64,000 nucleotides of DNA from Microthyrium microscopicum (lineage: Eukaryota). The stretch lies in contig MU004235.1 in NCBI GenBank assembly GCA_010405405.1, forward strand, positions 1,502,538 through 1,566,537, written 5' to 3'. The notes below the pieces were generated by a model, which was not told the DNA's origin, searched no databases, and saw only the letters and a list, made by a program, of their open reading frames with translations. The position numbers and the translations under genes were made by a program. Below are positions 34,585 through 45,399 of the stretch, one piece after another (position 1 is the first letter of the stretch; each line of letters opens with the position of its first letter).

Positions 34585-35317
34585 ATGCATCTCCTCCCAT
34601 CAACCCTCATCCTCTCCCTAATAACCCTCACAACAGCCGCCGGCACCTGCTCCAGCTCTGGCTCCATGTCGTGGCCACCTGTCGGCGACTGCGCGACGCC
34701 CAGCAGATTCGACACTACTGTGCAGACTTGCAGAGCATGTTGTATGAATGACGCAGACTGCTTCAGCAGATGCCTAAAAGCAGGAGGTCTCGCCAGACGC
34801 GATACTATTGGCGCGCAATTCTTCGGTGCTATTAAGGAGAAGAGGAACGCTGAGCTAGTTAGGAGAGCTACGCTGACTTGCGTTACCAATGAGGGATGCT
34901 ATAAATTTACGGATGGTAGTTTATTGTGCTTGAATTTGGGGACTGGTATGTTGAGAACTTCTTCGTGGTGAGTTAAGGGCTAATGGCGGTGTTCTAGGTG
35001 ATTATCATGATGATGTTGGTGGTAATGGCAATTACTACTCCGGCGTGTACACCAGTCCGGATGGAAAGACACAGACTGGCACGTCGAGTGCTACGTCTAC
35101 GGGCGGAAACAAGGCTTCTTCGTCGGTGGCAAAATCGTCTGCCACTGGATCAGGTACTTCGAGTAAAGCTTCCGGAGCTGCTGCTAGTGTTACATCAATT
35201 GCTGGCTCGGCCGCGAGTTCTGCTGCCGCTTCTGCGACTAGCAATGCTGGGAGTGAGGCTCTTCGTGTTGGCGCGAATGTTGGACTTGTTGGTCTTGTGG
35301 CTGGACTTATTCTCTAG
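34585..35317 (+). CDS. Secreted Cys-rich, Ser/Ala-rich, probably GPI-anchored cell-surface protein; 2 exons
   Basis: Signal peptide MHLLPSTLILSLITLTTAA, 10 Cys, intron 34946-34997, S/A/T stalk, and C-terminal SNAGSEALRVGANVGLVGLVAGLIL resembling a GPI signal. Confidence 0.85.
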
Positions 35318-35604
35318 AAGATTGGTCAACAATTACGATGGAGGTAAAGACATGATATGGTACAGGTATTAATAACTTTGTAGATAATTGATGATGAATG
35401 ATCGTTCTTCGGATCTTGTTATTACTTGCATGGACATCCGGATGCGCAAAACGTGTGTCGAAGGCCTGATAGACCTTGGCAGGATAGATATGCGGGGGTT
35501 AGGTCCCTATTTTGTACAAACAACACTTCGAATCCGACAATGCCTCCAGGGGTATATAACAGTAAAAATGAAAAAAGTCAAAGAGACATGCACACACCGG
35601 CCGC

Positions 35605-36658
35605 TCAGTCCAGATCCATAGCTTCCGGGGTTGCATAAGTAGAATTCGTTTCCGAAGTCGATACTTCCTCCAGCGATTCTGAGTTTGGGCTCCAGTCCAT
35701 CGATTCTAGAGGCCTTTCGCTGATGTATCGCAGTGCTTCCTACACACAAGAGTTAGTCAATCTACAACACATGCTTATCGGCCCCTTTAAAGCAACCTAC
35801 CTCCAACTTCCGTCTCCTCTCCTCCGCATTCTTCCCCTCATCCCAAGCGATCAACTCATCAAAGAGCCACTCGAACTTCGCCCTCCTCGTCTCATCACCG
35901 TACATAACCATCAAACCCGCCGACCAATCCGCCATCTTTCGCAACTGGCCATTATCACACAGTTGCCGATGTGTGCCAACATTTCTTAGTCTTACCGCGT
36001 CAATCAGCGCCTGCGTGAATGAGTAGCCCGAAATCACCACGAGCGCACTCGCGGGCACAGCTTCCGGGAGCGTATCTCTCCACATGGCAAGTTCCACCCG
36101 CTCAGAACAGTCCCACGCCTTCTCAGCCAGGACCTGGGGAATGGTGCGCGAGGCGAAGTCAAAACTTGCCTCTTCCAGAATTCGCCGCATCATTTCTAAG
36201 ATGAAGTGCTGTACTTCATACGGAAGGCCCAGATCCTGGCGTTGAGGGGTAGAACTGCGTGCTGGCGCAGTGCGCGTCCAGATTTGACGCGGTTGCTGTG
36301 GTTGGTGATAGCGAGGCGCGTATCGGCTGGAGAAGAGGTCACTTGCCTGCTTCGGCAGGGTGGGGTTGGCGTATGGGGGAATGAAGTTTGCTGTAGGTGT
36401 AGCTTTTGAAGTGTTTGCTGTGATGGATGGTCCAGTCGCTCCCGCTTTTTGTCGTGAAGCCGTGCAGTTGAGACATTGGGTGCGATGCGCAAAGTTTGAA
36501 AATTGGCAAATCGGACAAATCCACTCATCGCGTGCAAGTTTCTTGGAGAAAGTTGAGCCCGGATGGGCCCAGCGGCTGGAAAACAATCCTTGGTCCATTT
36601 GACGGCCTGGGTCTTGCTTCGTGAATATCTTGATTGATGGCGGATTTCTAGGCCGCAT
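35605..36658 (-). CDS. RanBP2-type zinc finger protein with uncharacterised helical C-terminal domain; 2 exons
   Basis: DEWICPICQFSNFAHRTQCLNC fits the W-x-C-x2-C-x3-N-x6-C-x2-C pattern. Intron 35740-35800 (gtaggt..ctaac..tag) extends the ORF to EALRYISERPLESMDWSPN...MDLD*. Confidence 0.8.
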
Positions 36659-37701
36659 AGTCCAAGCAGGCGGCTAGGCAGTCACCCGATGTTTTGATAG
36701 AGCGACATTACTGGCGATGACAGCTTGTCAAGAGGGAATTCATGGTGTTTGAGCCTGTGTTAGTGAACGTGGGCGTGATGAAACAAAAGAGGTGAAAGAG
36801 GATGGAAAAGGTGGCGTAGACAATTTATATGGACAGGAGCAGGGGTCTGTGCGCTGGTGGTTTGGCAGAAGTTTTCCTCCAGTCTCTATCATAATCACAA
36901 AGGAGAACCTATTATTGTGATTGTCTTTCGATGAGGAGCTACAGCAGCAACGCTGTTCGTGGAAAGTAAAACATACGGCAACGCAAAGTGGTAAGTGAGG
37001 TCCACAGCATGAACGTTCTCCGAAACGCCGCAAGATCAGCCGGTCAAAAGCGCAGGTTTCTCACGAGCGTCACTCCTCAACAGACATTCGCAACAATTGG
37101 CAGAGTAGAGGGATCTTGGCCAGAAAGTCAAGTTGATGATAGAGATGTTGTTGGAGATGGAAAATGTTGCTGCAGAATCCCGATCTCGCTTCCGACCTTG
37201 ACCCCCCACAAAAAATCAGCAAGACTCAAGCCAACTTCGATTTCCAGGTATGACTTTATATTGTCTTTCGCAATAGGTTTTGTAGCTATTTGGTTCCGAC
37301 CAAGAACAAGTAGCCCGAAAATCCACGCGGCCACGCGAGTCCCTGGCAAGTTTCGCGTTGTCTCGCCACGGGCCGGGATGCCATCAAGCTTCGGACCCAC
37401 ACAATCAACTCTAGCCTAACCATGACTGAACTTTAATCATGACCCACGATGCTCTATCCAGTTCTCACCGTGTTAGAGAAGCTGTTATCATAAAAGAGAA
37501 ACATATACCCGATGTGACGCAACGAGTGGACCATGCCTGTCAGCCTACTTTGTATCAACCAATCGAACAGGCTAGAGGGGAGGGAAGGGTGTCACAGTCT
37601 CGGATTACGCCATTTGATATCCAAGAGCCAGGTAAGAAATATAAAGATCCGTCAAGCACAAAGTTTCTGACTTTGCGGGAGGCTTACTGGAAAGTCGAAA
37701 A

Positions 37702-40261
37702 ATGAAATTATGGGATGTTTTCAAGAGAGGAGTCATACGGAGTGGTTCGAATGACTTTTATCCAAAACGGCCGTCAGATCTCAAGGGCAAATCAAGGAAA
37801 TTGGTAGCGCATCCATTTTTGGAAGAAGAGCCTACTGTAAGAGAATGGCTCGAGACTTGTGTTCCAACGAGAAATGACTTGGGACAATATATCAGTAATC
37901 TTTTCCCGTCCTTAGGATGGATTCCAAGATACAACTCGGACTGGATGTTGGGAGATGCTATTGCTGGTACATATGCATCATGTCATGGGAGCTGAAGTTC
38001 AATATCTAATCCATGATAGGACTCACTGTCGGCATCGTTGTGATTCCCCAAGCCATGGCATACGCGCTGTTGGCAGGACTGACTCCTGAATATGGTTTAT
38101 ACACGTCATTCACAGGGGCTGTTGTCTACTGGATGTTTGGGACGTCCAAAGACATCGTAATTGGAGTGAGTAGCGTCCAGTGCATTGCGCGTGAAACTGG
38201 ATGCTGATCTCTGCTAGACCACCGCAATTGGCTCTCTGCTAGTTGGCGAAGTCGTAGCCACTGTTGAAGAGGCCAAGAATGGCTTATACTCCCATGAAGA
38301 AGCTGCAAAAACACTTTCACTCCTAGCGGGCTCAGTATTGCTAGTTTGTGGTTTTCTTCGACTAGGCTGGCTTATTGAGTTCATTCCATATGTTCCCATT
38401 TCCGCATTTGTCACAAGCGCCAGCATCACCATCATGACTACTCAATTTCCTGTGGTGCTAGGCATAACCGACATCAACAAGAGAGATTCTCCTTACCATG
38501 TGATACTCAATACGTTTAGGGGACTTGGTCGCATACAAACGGACGCCTACATCGGGCTCTCTTCGATCGTTCTTCTTTTCTTTCTCAAATCAGTATTCGA
38601 CCGCTTGGAAACCAGACAACCTGAAAGGAAAAGGATGTGGGCAACTCTCTCATCACTGAGAATGACATTTACAATGATTCTCTTTACCATGATTAGTCAA
38701 ATGGCACATTATGGCCTCCCCGAAGATCAAACCAGGTTCAGGATAGTAGGGAAGATTGAAAATGGTTAGTTCATAATCTCCTCGCATTTTCCACAGGAGC
38801 TGATATCATTTCAGGGTTCAAACATGCTGGAATACCAAACCTCGACCCAGATCTGATAGGAACCGTATTGCCTCAACTTCCGGCTATTGTTATGATCCTG
38901 ATTATCGAACACATTGCCATTGCTAAATCTTTTGGTCGAAAGTTTGGGTATACTGTAATCACATCTCAAGAAATGTGCGCCCAAGGATGTGCCAATATTT
39001 TCAGTCCATTCGTTGGAGGTTATGTTTGCACCGGGTCCTTCACTGCATCCGCTGTCGTGTCTAAATCTGGAGTTCGGACTCCTCTTGCTGGGCTATTCAG
39101 CGCATTCATATTGGTATTGGCACTATATGTGTTGCCATCTGTATTCTACTATATTCCGATGGCCGCTTTGGCTGGTTTGATCATTCATGCCGTAAGCAAT
39201 CTGGCCACTCCACCGAAAACTCTGTACAAATATTGGAAACTGTCACCATTCGAACTATTTATATGGACGGCTGGTGTAGTATCGGCATTTTTCAGCACTC
39301 TGGAAACTTCGATTTATTCCACAGTTGGCTTGTCTTTTCTTCTACTTCTGGTTCGGCATGCGCAAGCGCAAGGCCAATTTCTTGGTCAGGTACAGGTCTA
39401 CGAGGTCTCTTCAGATACAATGAATGGCGCCACTGGCCAACAGAATCAGCATGATCCTCACCCTGAATCCTTAGGACTCAATAGCCCGAGGGACACGTAC
39501 CTACCAATCGATTCTACAACAGGCTTAAGCCCCGATGTCCGTGTTCAATCTCCATACCCAGGCGTATTCATCTATCGCTTCACCGAAGGTTTCGACTACA
39601 TAAATCAAGCCCAAAACATCGATCATCTACTCTCCTACATTACCGCAAACACTCGCCACGCCAAGGTCTACGATGACTTTGACTCACAAGTAAGTCTCCT
39701 ACCCACCCCCAAACCTCCACTAACATGAACATATAGGCTCGCCTCTGGTGCGACCCACCCCTCTCCAATCATAGCGACTACAACGCCATAGCCCTCCCGG
39801 CTCTCCAAGCAGTCGTCCTAGACTTCTCCTCCGTCAACAACATCGACATCACCAGCATCCAAGGCCTCATCTCCGCACGCAACACTTTGGACCAACATGC
39901 CGCCGATACGATTCCATGGCACTTTGCTGGCGTATATAATCGCTGGACTCGTCGGGCCCTTGCTCTTGCTGGCTTTGGATATCCTACTGTGGATGAAGTG
40001 GACAGCTGGGAGCCGTCCTACACGCTTGCTGCTCCTCCAATACCGGCGGAAGAAAACAAGTATAGCCCGATCAGTCCAAGGACAGTGAGATCTGAGGAAG
40101 AAAATAGTGGTGTGGGCGATTTGGAGGGACTGAGGCCGATATATGGCACAAACCGACCGTTCTTTCACCCAGATCTCGTTGCTGCTGTGAGGGCAGCTGT
40201 GCATGGCGCAAAAAGGAGAGATGGATTGCCTACATCGGGCATATCATGGCTTCCCACCTGA
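37702..40261 (+). CDS. SulP/SLC26 sulfate permease with STAS domain; at least 5 exons
   Basis: LFPSLGWIPRYN..WMLGDAIAG|LTVGIVVIPQAMAYALLAGL.PEYGLYTSF, EHIAIAKSFG, SKSGVRTPLAG, PGVFIYRF and VVLDFSSVNNIDITSIQGL. Introns ~37967-38019, ~38167-38217, ~38764-38814, ~39690-39737. An upstream exon from 37439 is possible but I could not splice it in frame. Confidence 0.92.
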
Positions 40262-40876
40262 ACCTTACTCCAAAATGTGTTTTTCACGTCAATATAGATC
40301 CAAACTAATACTTCATGATCATGAAACAGATTCAAATAAATAATTTGGCTCAATAAATTGCAGTGACGACGAGACAATAAAAGTCCAGCCTTTAGACGCA
40401 AACAAAGGAACTCTTAGCACATCAACCTCACAGGCACTTCAGAATCAAGAGTATCGAAAATGGACTAGATATATTGGTAATATGAGGCTCCTTGTCCTCT
40501 GCAGATACCTGTCCCATGACAGATCTCTCTGCATGCATGCCCAAGGCATGAACTATCAATATCAAAAAAAAATCCAAAACCTGCCTACCAGAGAAATCCG
40601 CCTGTAGAACTTTGGCAACGCTAGGAACCAACAAAAGACAAACAAATGGGTATAAAACTATGGACATGGAAACAGAAGGTGTAAAAAGAGGCCTTGGGGC
40701 CTTGGGGGCAAAGCAATGATGAAAATATGTCGGCCGTCCCTGTTGGCCCAGAGTCGAAAAAAAGGACAGTCGCAACAGAATAAGAGTCTAGAAAAGATCG
40801 AGCGATTTGCAGATCAAGAATGGACCATATATCTTGGGCGTGGGGTGAGGGGAAAGGGGAAGAGAGGCGGGAGCGA

Positions 40877-42649
40877 TCAGATTGACCAAGGACGAGAAAC
40901 CTTTGAAAACCGCTTCGAAGAGCCTATCCCGGAGTCTTCGTCCAGACGAGCACGAAGATCCGCAATCTCCTGGTCCTTGAGGGCCATTTGGAGCCGCGCA
41001 TCATTGACTTTGTCCTGAAGCTTCTCTGCCTGGCGCTTTCTCGCGAAGATGTCCTGATACAGCGTCTTCAAAGACCGGCGCTGAGCGGCGATCGTTTTCT
41101 CGTTGCGCTCGATCACCTTCTTGTCGCTGTTGCTTCCAAACTTGCGACGAAGAAATCGGACAACGCAGTTTCCTGCCAGTGCTTTGTCGCGCTCGGCTCG
41201 AGCAGCATCACGTTCTCTTCGAAGCATATCCGCCTCTACTCGAGCCTGATCGCGCTCTGATCGAAGCCGCTTGCTTTCACCCACCCATTGGCCATTGGCG
41301 CTTCGCACTTCATTCAAAGCTGCTCGAAGGTCTTCAGCCTCCTGCTCCTTCGCACGAAGGGTCTCTTCGACCGCATCAGGCAAGGGAGCGAGTTCGTTCC
41401 CGAAGCGCTCCTCGCAATCCGTCTTCTCGTGATACTTAGGAAAAGCGCGGACGCGCTCGGGACCTACCAAATGTAGAGACTGCACTCGGGGTAATGGACA
41501 TGGTGTGTCCCTACTTGCGGTTTTTCCCAGCGACAACGTGTAGGTGCTATCGAATTGCGGAGTGGAATCAGGCTTGCTGCCTCTCGCCCAGGCAGGAACT
41601 TGACCGTCTGGTGTCACGTTGTTATCTACCCAGGCCTGAGTCTTGCTTTTGCGAATAGTGGATGTTGGTGATTCCAGTTCATTGATATCGATACGCGCAG
41701 CTGACGCTGGAGAATCCCGCTGGTGCATGTCGACTAGCAGATCAGGCATCCCGTTTTCGCGTTGTAGACTCAGACGCTGTGCGTCTTCGGGGGAGTGGCG
41801 GTACACGGGCTGTCCTGGATAGGACGGCACGCGGGTTTGAGTGGCCATTGGCCGATTTGGTTGTCGCTGAGAAGCCTGCCGACTGGACTCCCCATGTTGG
41901 CGAGGTTGATGATGTTGACGGCTAGTAGCCCGCAAAGAAGCTTGCCGACTCAACCCACTATTCTGGCGCTGTTGCGGTTGGCGACTTCGTTGAGGATCCT
42001 GATCACTGGCGACTCGCAGAGATCGAGGCAGAGAGTCAAGCGCGCGGCGTAGCTGTCGAGCGTGTTGATTCATCCGCTCCTGCGCGGCAACGCCCACAGG
42101 CACGTCATTCTCATCGGCTCCTTGATCTACCTGTTGATGACGTGGCTGATCTGGGCTTTGGGTGCTCCGGTTCTCAGCCGGAGCTGCCGCAGGCATTTCA
42201 TTTTGCCCAACTCGTTCAACTGTGACCACTTCTCGTCGTGGAGCTTGTTGCTGTCCAGTTGCCTGTTTAGGGCATGGTTGTTGAGCGTTTTGTGTTGCAT
42301 AATCCTGAGCTGGAACTCCAGCAGACATTTCATTTTCGTCATTGTCCTCATAGATAATCACCGCTGGTTGCTGAACGCGTCGCTGCGGAGCTGGAGCTGG
42401 AGCTGGAGCTGGAGCTGGAGCTGGAGCATCGTCCTCTTCATCCTCGTCGTCCTCAGGCAGCGGTATTCCATAAAACGCGGACAAATCAGTCATGATCTGA
42501 GCTCGTGTCGCAGCGTCATTTCGAGGAGGAGCATAATGGGCGGCTTGCGTCGGCGCCCGCAAAGCATTGGCGCGTCTGCGCACATTGTCGACATGATCGC
42601 CAAAGTTACACCCGGCATCTTTCACCTTGACTTTGATGCGACGGAACAT
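40877..42649 (-). CDS. Orphan protein: Q/R/P-rich disordered N-region and C-terminal coiled coil
   Basis: 590 aa ORF with a PA repeat and Q-rich linker. Heptads from LRAKEQEAEDLRAALNEV to LKDQEIADLRARL. Ends EDSGIGSSKRFSKVSRPWSI. Confidence 0.72.
   Translation of the reverse strand: MFRRIKVKVKDAGCNFGDHVDNVRRRANALRAPTQAAHYAPPRNDAATRAQIMTDLSAFYGIPLPEDDEDEEDDAPAPAPAPAPAPAPQRRVQQPAVIIYEDNDENEMSAGVPAQDYATQNAQQPCPKQATGQQQAPRREVVTVERVGQNEMPAAAPAENRSTQSPDQPRHQQVDQGADENDVPVGVAAQERMNQHARQLRRALDSLPRSLRVASDQDPQRSRQPQQRQNSGLSRQASLRATSRQHHQPRQHGESSRQASQRQPNRPMATQTRVPSYPGQPVYRHSPEDAQRLSLQRENGMPDLLVDMHQRDSPASAARIDINELESPTSTIRKSKTQAWVDNNVTPDGQVPAWARGSKPDSTPQFDSTYTLSLGKTASRDTPCPLPRVQSLHLVGPERVRAFPKYHEKTDCEERFGNELAPLPDAVEETLRAKEQEAEDLRAALNEVRSANGQWVGESKRLRSERDQARVEADMLRRERDAARAERDKALAGNCVVRFLRRKFGSNSDKKVIERNEKTIAAQRRSLKTLYQDIFARKRQAEKLQDKVNDARLQMALKDQEIADLRARLDEDSGIGSSKRFSKVSRPWSI
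42387..42427. repeat. (GGAGCT)~7 coding microsatellite encoding (AP)n
   Basis: Tandem ggagct hexamers read directly from the sequence. Confidence 0.95.
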
Positions 42650-43879
42650 GCTTTCCTTGGGCTGGCCTAGACTCTATTTGGCATTAGCATTGCTCGCCTG
42701 AAGAAGTGATGAAGTTGCTGGATAAGATAACTTACGAGCTGGGCGACGCCGGAGTGGATGCCGTTGTTTGTGTTATTACGAGAATGCATTCTGAAGCGCA
42801 TGTCAGTACGTGCTTGGAGTATTGTTCCGGCGAGCTGACTTGATTGAAGAGAAGGAAGAATTAATTGTTGATTGTCCTTCAGGAAGAGATATGGAGCGAG
42901 CTCGAAAGCGCTGTGGACGAGAAAAGATGATGATAGGAGGCGATTGAGATCTAGTCGTGGTAGTAGGCTGGTTCTTTTGAAGATGGAGAAGGTTATCTAT
43001 TATGAAGAACAATTGATCAGAGCAAAGAAACTGATGGCGAGCGATTTGAAGGAGGCTACTAGAGGGTCTGGAGTCTGGAGTTGGTCGAAGGTGTTCTGAA
43101 TTTGGGTCCGATGGTAAACAAAGAATTGGAGGAGCAAGTTTACATAGAAATGGAGAAGGGCTTACATGGGCCCGGTACTCGACATCTTTCACTGCTCGAG
43201 AACGAGAACTAACCTCATTATGTCGAGTGGAAGGTTGCCAGCCAGAAGTGAAAATTAGCCCGGTCCGAACGTAAACAACAGCAGCTCTTGCCCTCGGAGC
43301 TCTTGCGAAGATGTCTTGATTGGTTGTGTAGTCTATATATGTGAAAGCATATCTACCTTACAGCATCTTTACAAGAATCCGCACGGAGCAAGGCTGAAGT
43401 GAAAGTCTACCGGGTCCAAGCGTGGATACAGGAGTAGTTTCCCACAAGGCCTTCACGCTTATGACTGGCTTGGCCGTGTATATGCATATCTCTATGAGGT
43501 GTTCCGTCAACCTGAAAGCATAGCAAGTCCCAAGATAAGTTGAGTGGATCGTTTGGTCCCGGGGTATGTCCTGTAGGGCAAAAAGCAACAGCCCCTATTT
43601 TTTGTTTACATATCTGCTCGCTAGCAGAGTTGATGGAACTGTAGGTCAATCAAGTTTGAAGAGCGTAGAAAGACAGATCACGGAGAACTGCCGCAGAGAT
43701 AGCTTCGGTCGTTCGTCAAAAAGCCCTGTCAATTGCTTGCTACTAGATGTTTGATTGCGTGTCCGCAGTCAGACGGTCAGTGTCAGTCTTGCTTTGCGCG
43801 CTCAAGCAATAGTTCTCAAATAACCTTGCTTTTGAGGAAAAGAATTTGAGGTTACTGAGCCAGGTTTATTTCAAATGGA

Positions 43880-44810
43880 CTAGTTAGGTTTATTGCCTGG
43901 CCCACTGTAGAATAGATGAAGAAACAGCTCTCTTCGACCTATGCGGTCGAAGAATATCCTCGCTTCATCGTAAGCTTTACAGCTGCCAAGCAGGCAACTG
44001 GTCATTGTCATCTCTCCAGGTTGCTGCTTACCACGTATCGCCATGCAGATATGGCTAGACTCCACGAAAACGGCAACACCTTGCGCCTGGAGTATGTCTG
44101 AAATCGCAAAGGCGATCTGATTAGTGAGCCTTCTCTGGAGCTGAAGCCGCTGTGACAAGGTCTCGACTATTTTGATAACCTTGGCCCGATCAATGTCTTG
44201 TAGCTTGGGGATGTAGCCAACGTGTATCTGGAACTGTTAGTTCAACATTGAATAAACAGGTGGTTCGCTAACATACCTTCCCAGAAAATGGTATGAGATG
44301 GTGCTCACAAATTGAAGAGAAATCAATCTCCGATTCTGTAAACATCTCTCTGTGGCTTACAGGCTTATACTCAGCTTCGCTGGTGGGTATGAAGGAGTCT
44401 AAGCTCTCTTCATATCCTCTTGTAAAGTATAGAATTGACTCGGCATAACGCATTGGCGTATGGAGCAGACCTTGTCGACTTGGGTCCTCACCTATACATT
44501 CTAGGATAGTTTTCACAGCGCCTGACAGCTTGGCGAGCTGATCATCTCGTTCTTCTCTAGAGGCTTTGTTTCTCCCTAGAGTTTTCTGACCTTGCATTTA
44601 TGAGTATCCAGTCTCCCTTCCAGGTAGAAACTCACTTTGCCAGGTGAAGTCATTGTCATCGTTATCAGGCTTACGCATGCAAGAGATCTGAATGTAGCTA
44701 ACATCCGGTGATGATTTTGTAGAGCTGGGTACTTTGGGATCCTCTGGTTTGTTCTCATGAATCTCGCTATGTTCAGACACGGAAGAGTTTGCGCTCTCAT
44801 CCGGTGCCAT
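43880..44810 (-). CDS. Divergent GTP cyclohydrolase I (FolE/T-fold) paralog; 3 exons
   Basis: Introns 44591-44635 (gtgagt..aag) and 44228-44276 (gtatgt..ctaac..cag) give LSGAVKTILECIGEDPSRQGLLHTPMRYA...SICEHHLIPFSGK|IHVGYIP...RLQLQRRLTNQIA...GVAVFVESSHICMAIRG. The Zn ligands (CEHH and HIC) are retained. Confidence 0.88.
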
Positions 44811-45399
44811 GGTGGTTATGGTGGAATTACTACGATTTGTCAGATGGTAAGCACTTGCAACCCTTGAGATAACAACTGACAGTTTGTCGGTGGCGAGTTT
44901 GCAAGTATTGGAAATTCTTCCTGTATTGCGGACAGCTTTTTCTAAACAACAAATGATTTGGTTTTTGGTTTTGTGGCGATTCAAAGAACGGAATTTCCGA
45001 TGCTTCAAATATTTACATCATTGCGTCAAACGGGTGTCTTAAATAAAAGCCACTCTAAACGATGTATGTGATTCAGCTGGTAAGGCATCAGATCCATCGT
45101 ACAACTGGGAGCAGTGAATTCAGCGTATTGCCCACTTTGCTGCAAGAGAATTCACTGGGTCTTCTTTTTGCATTTCACAATTGGCATAAACAATTTGTCT
45201 GTCTCAACACTGTTCGGAAGCTAGTGTTTGTGTCTGATCAGAAATGGACGAAATAAGATGCGTCCGCCAGCCACTTCCATAATCCTCATCAGCGTCGTTT
45301 GATGACAGAGTGCTTTACTCCCAGTTGAATCCGTGGCTAGCAGGTAGGACACTTCAATCAGAAGTTTCTTCTGTCTACCTAAGAGGTAGGTAAGCATAG

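Noticed and set aside
44595..44600. Apparent premature stop-restart (TAAATG) in the GCH I gene, suggesting a pseudogene
   Set aside because: The TAA falls inside a 45-nt gtgagt..aag intron (44591-44635). Splicing restores the frame (DFTWQS|QKTLGR).
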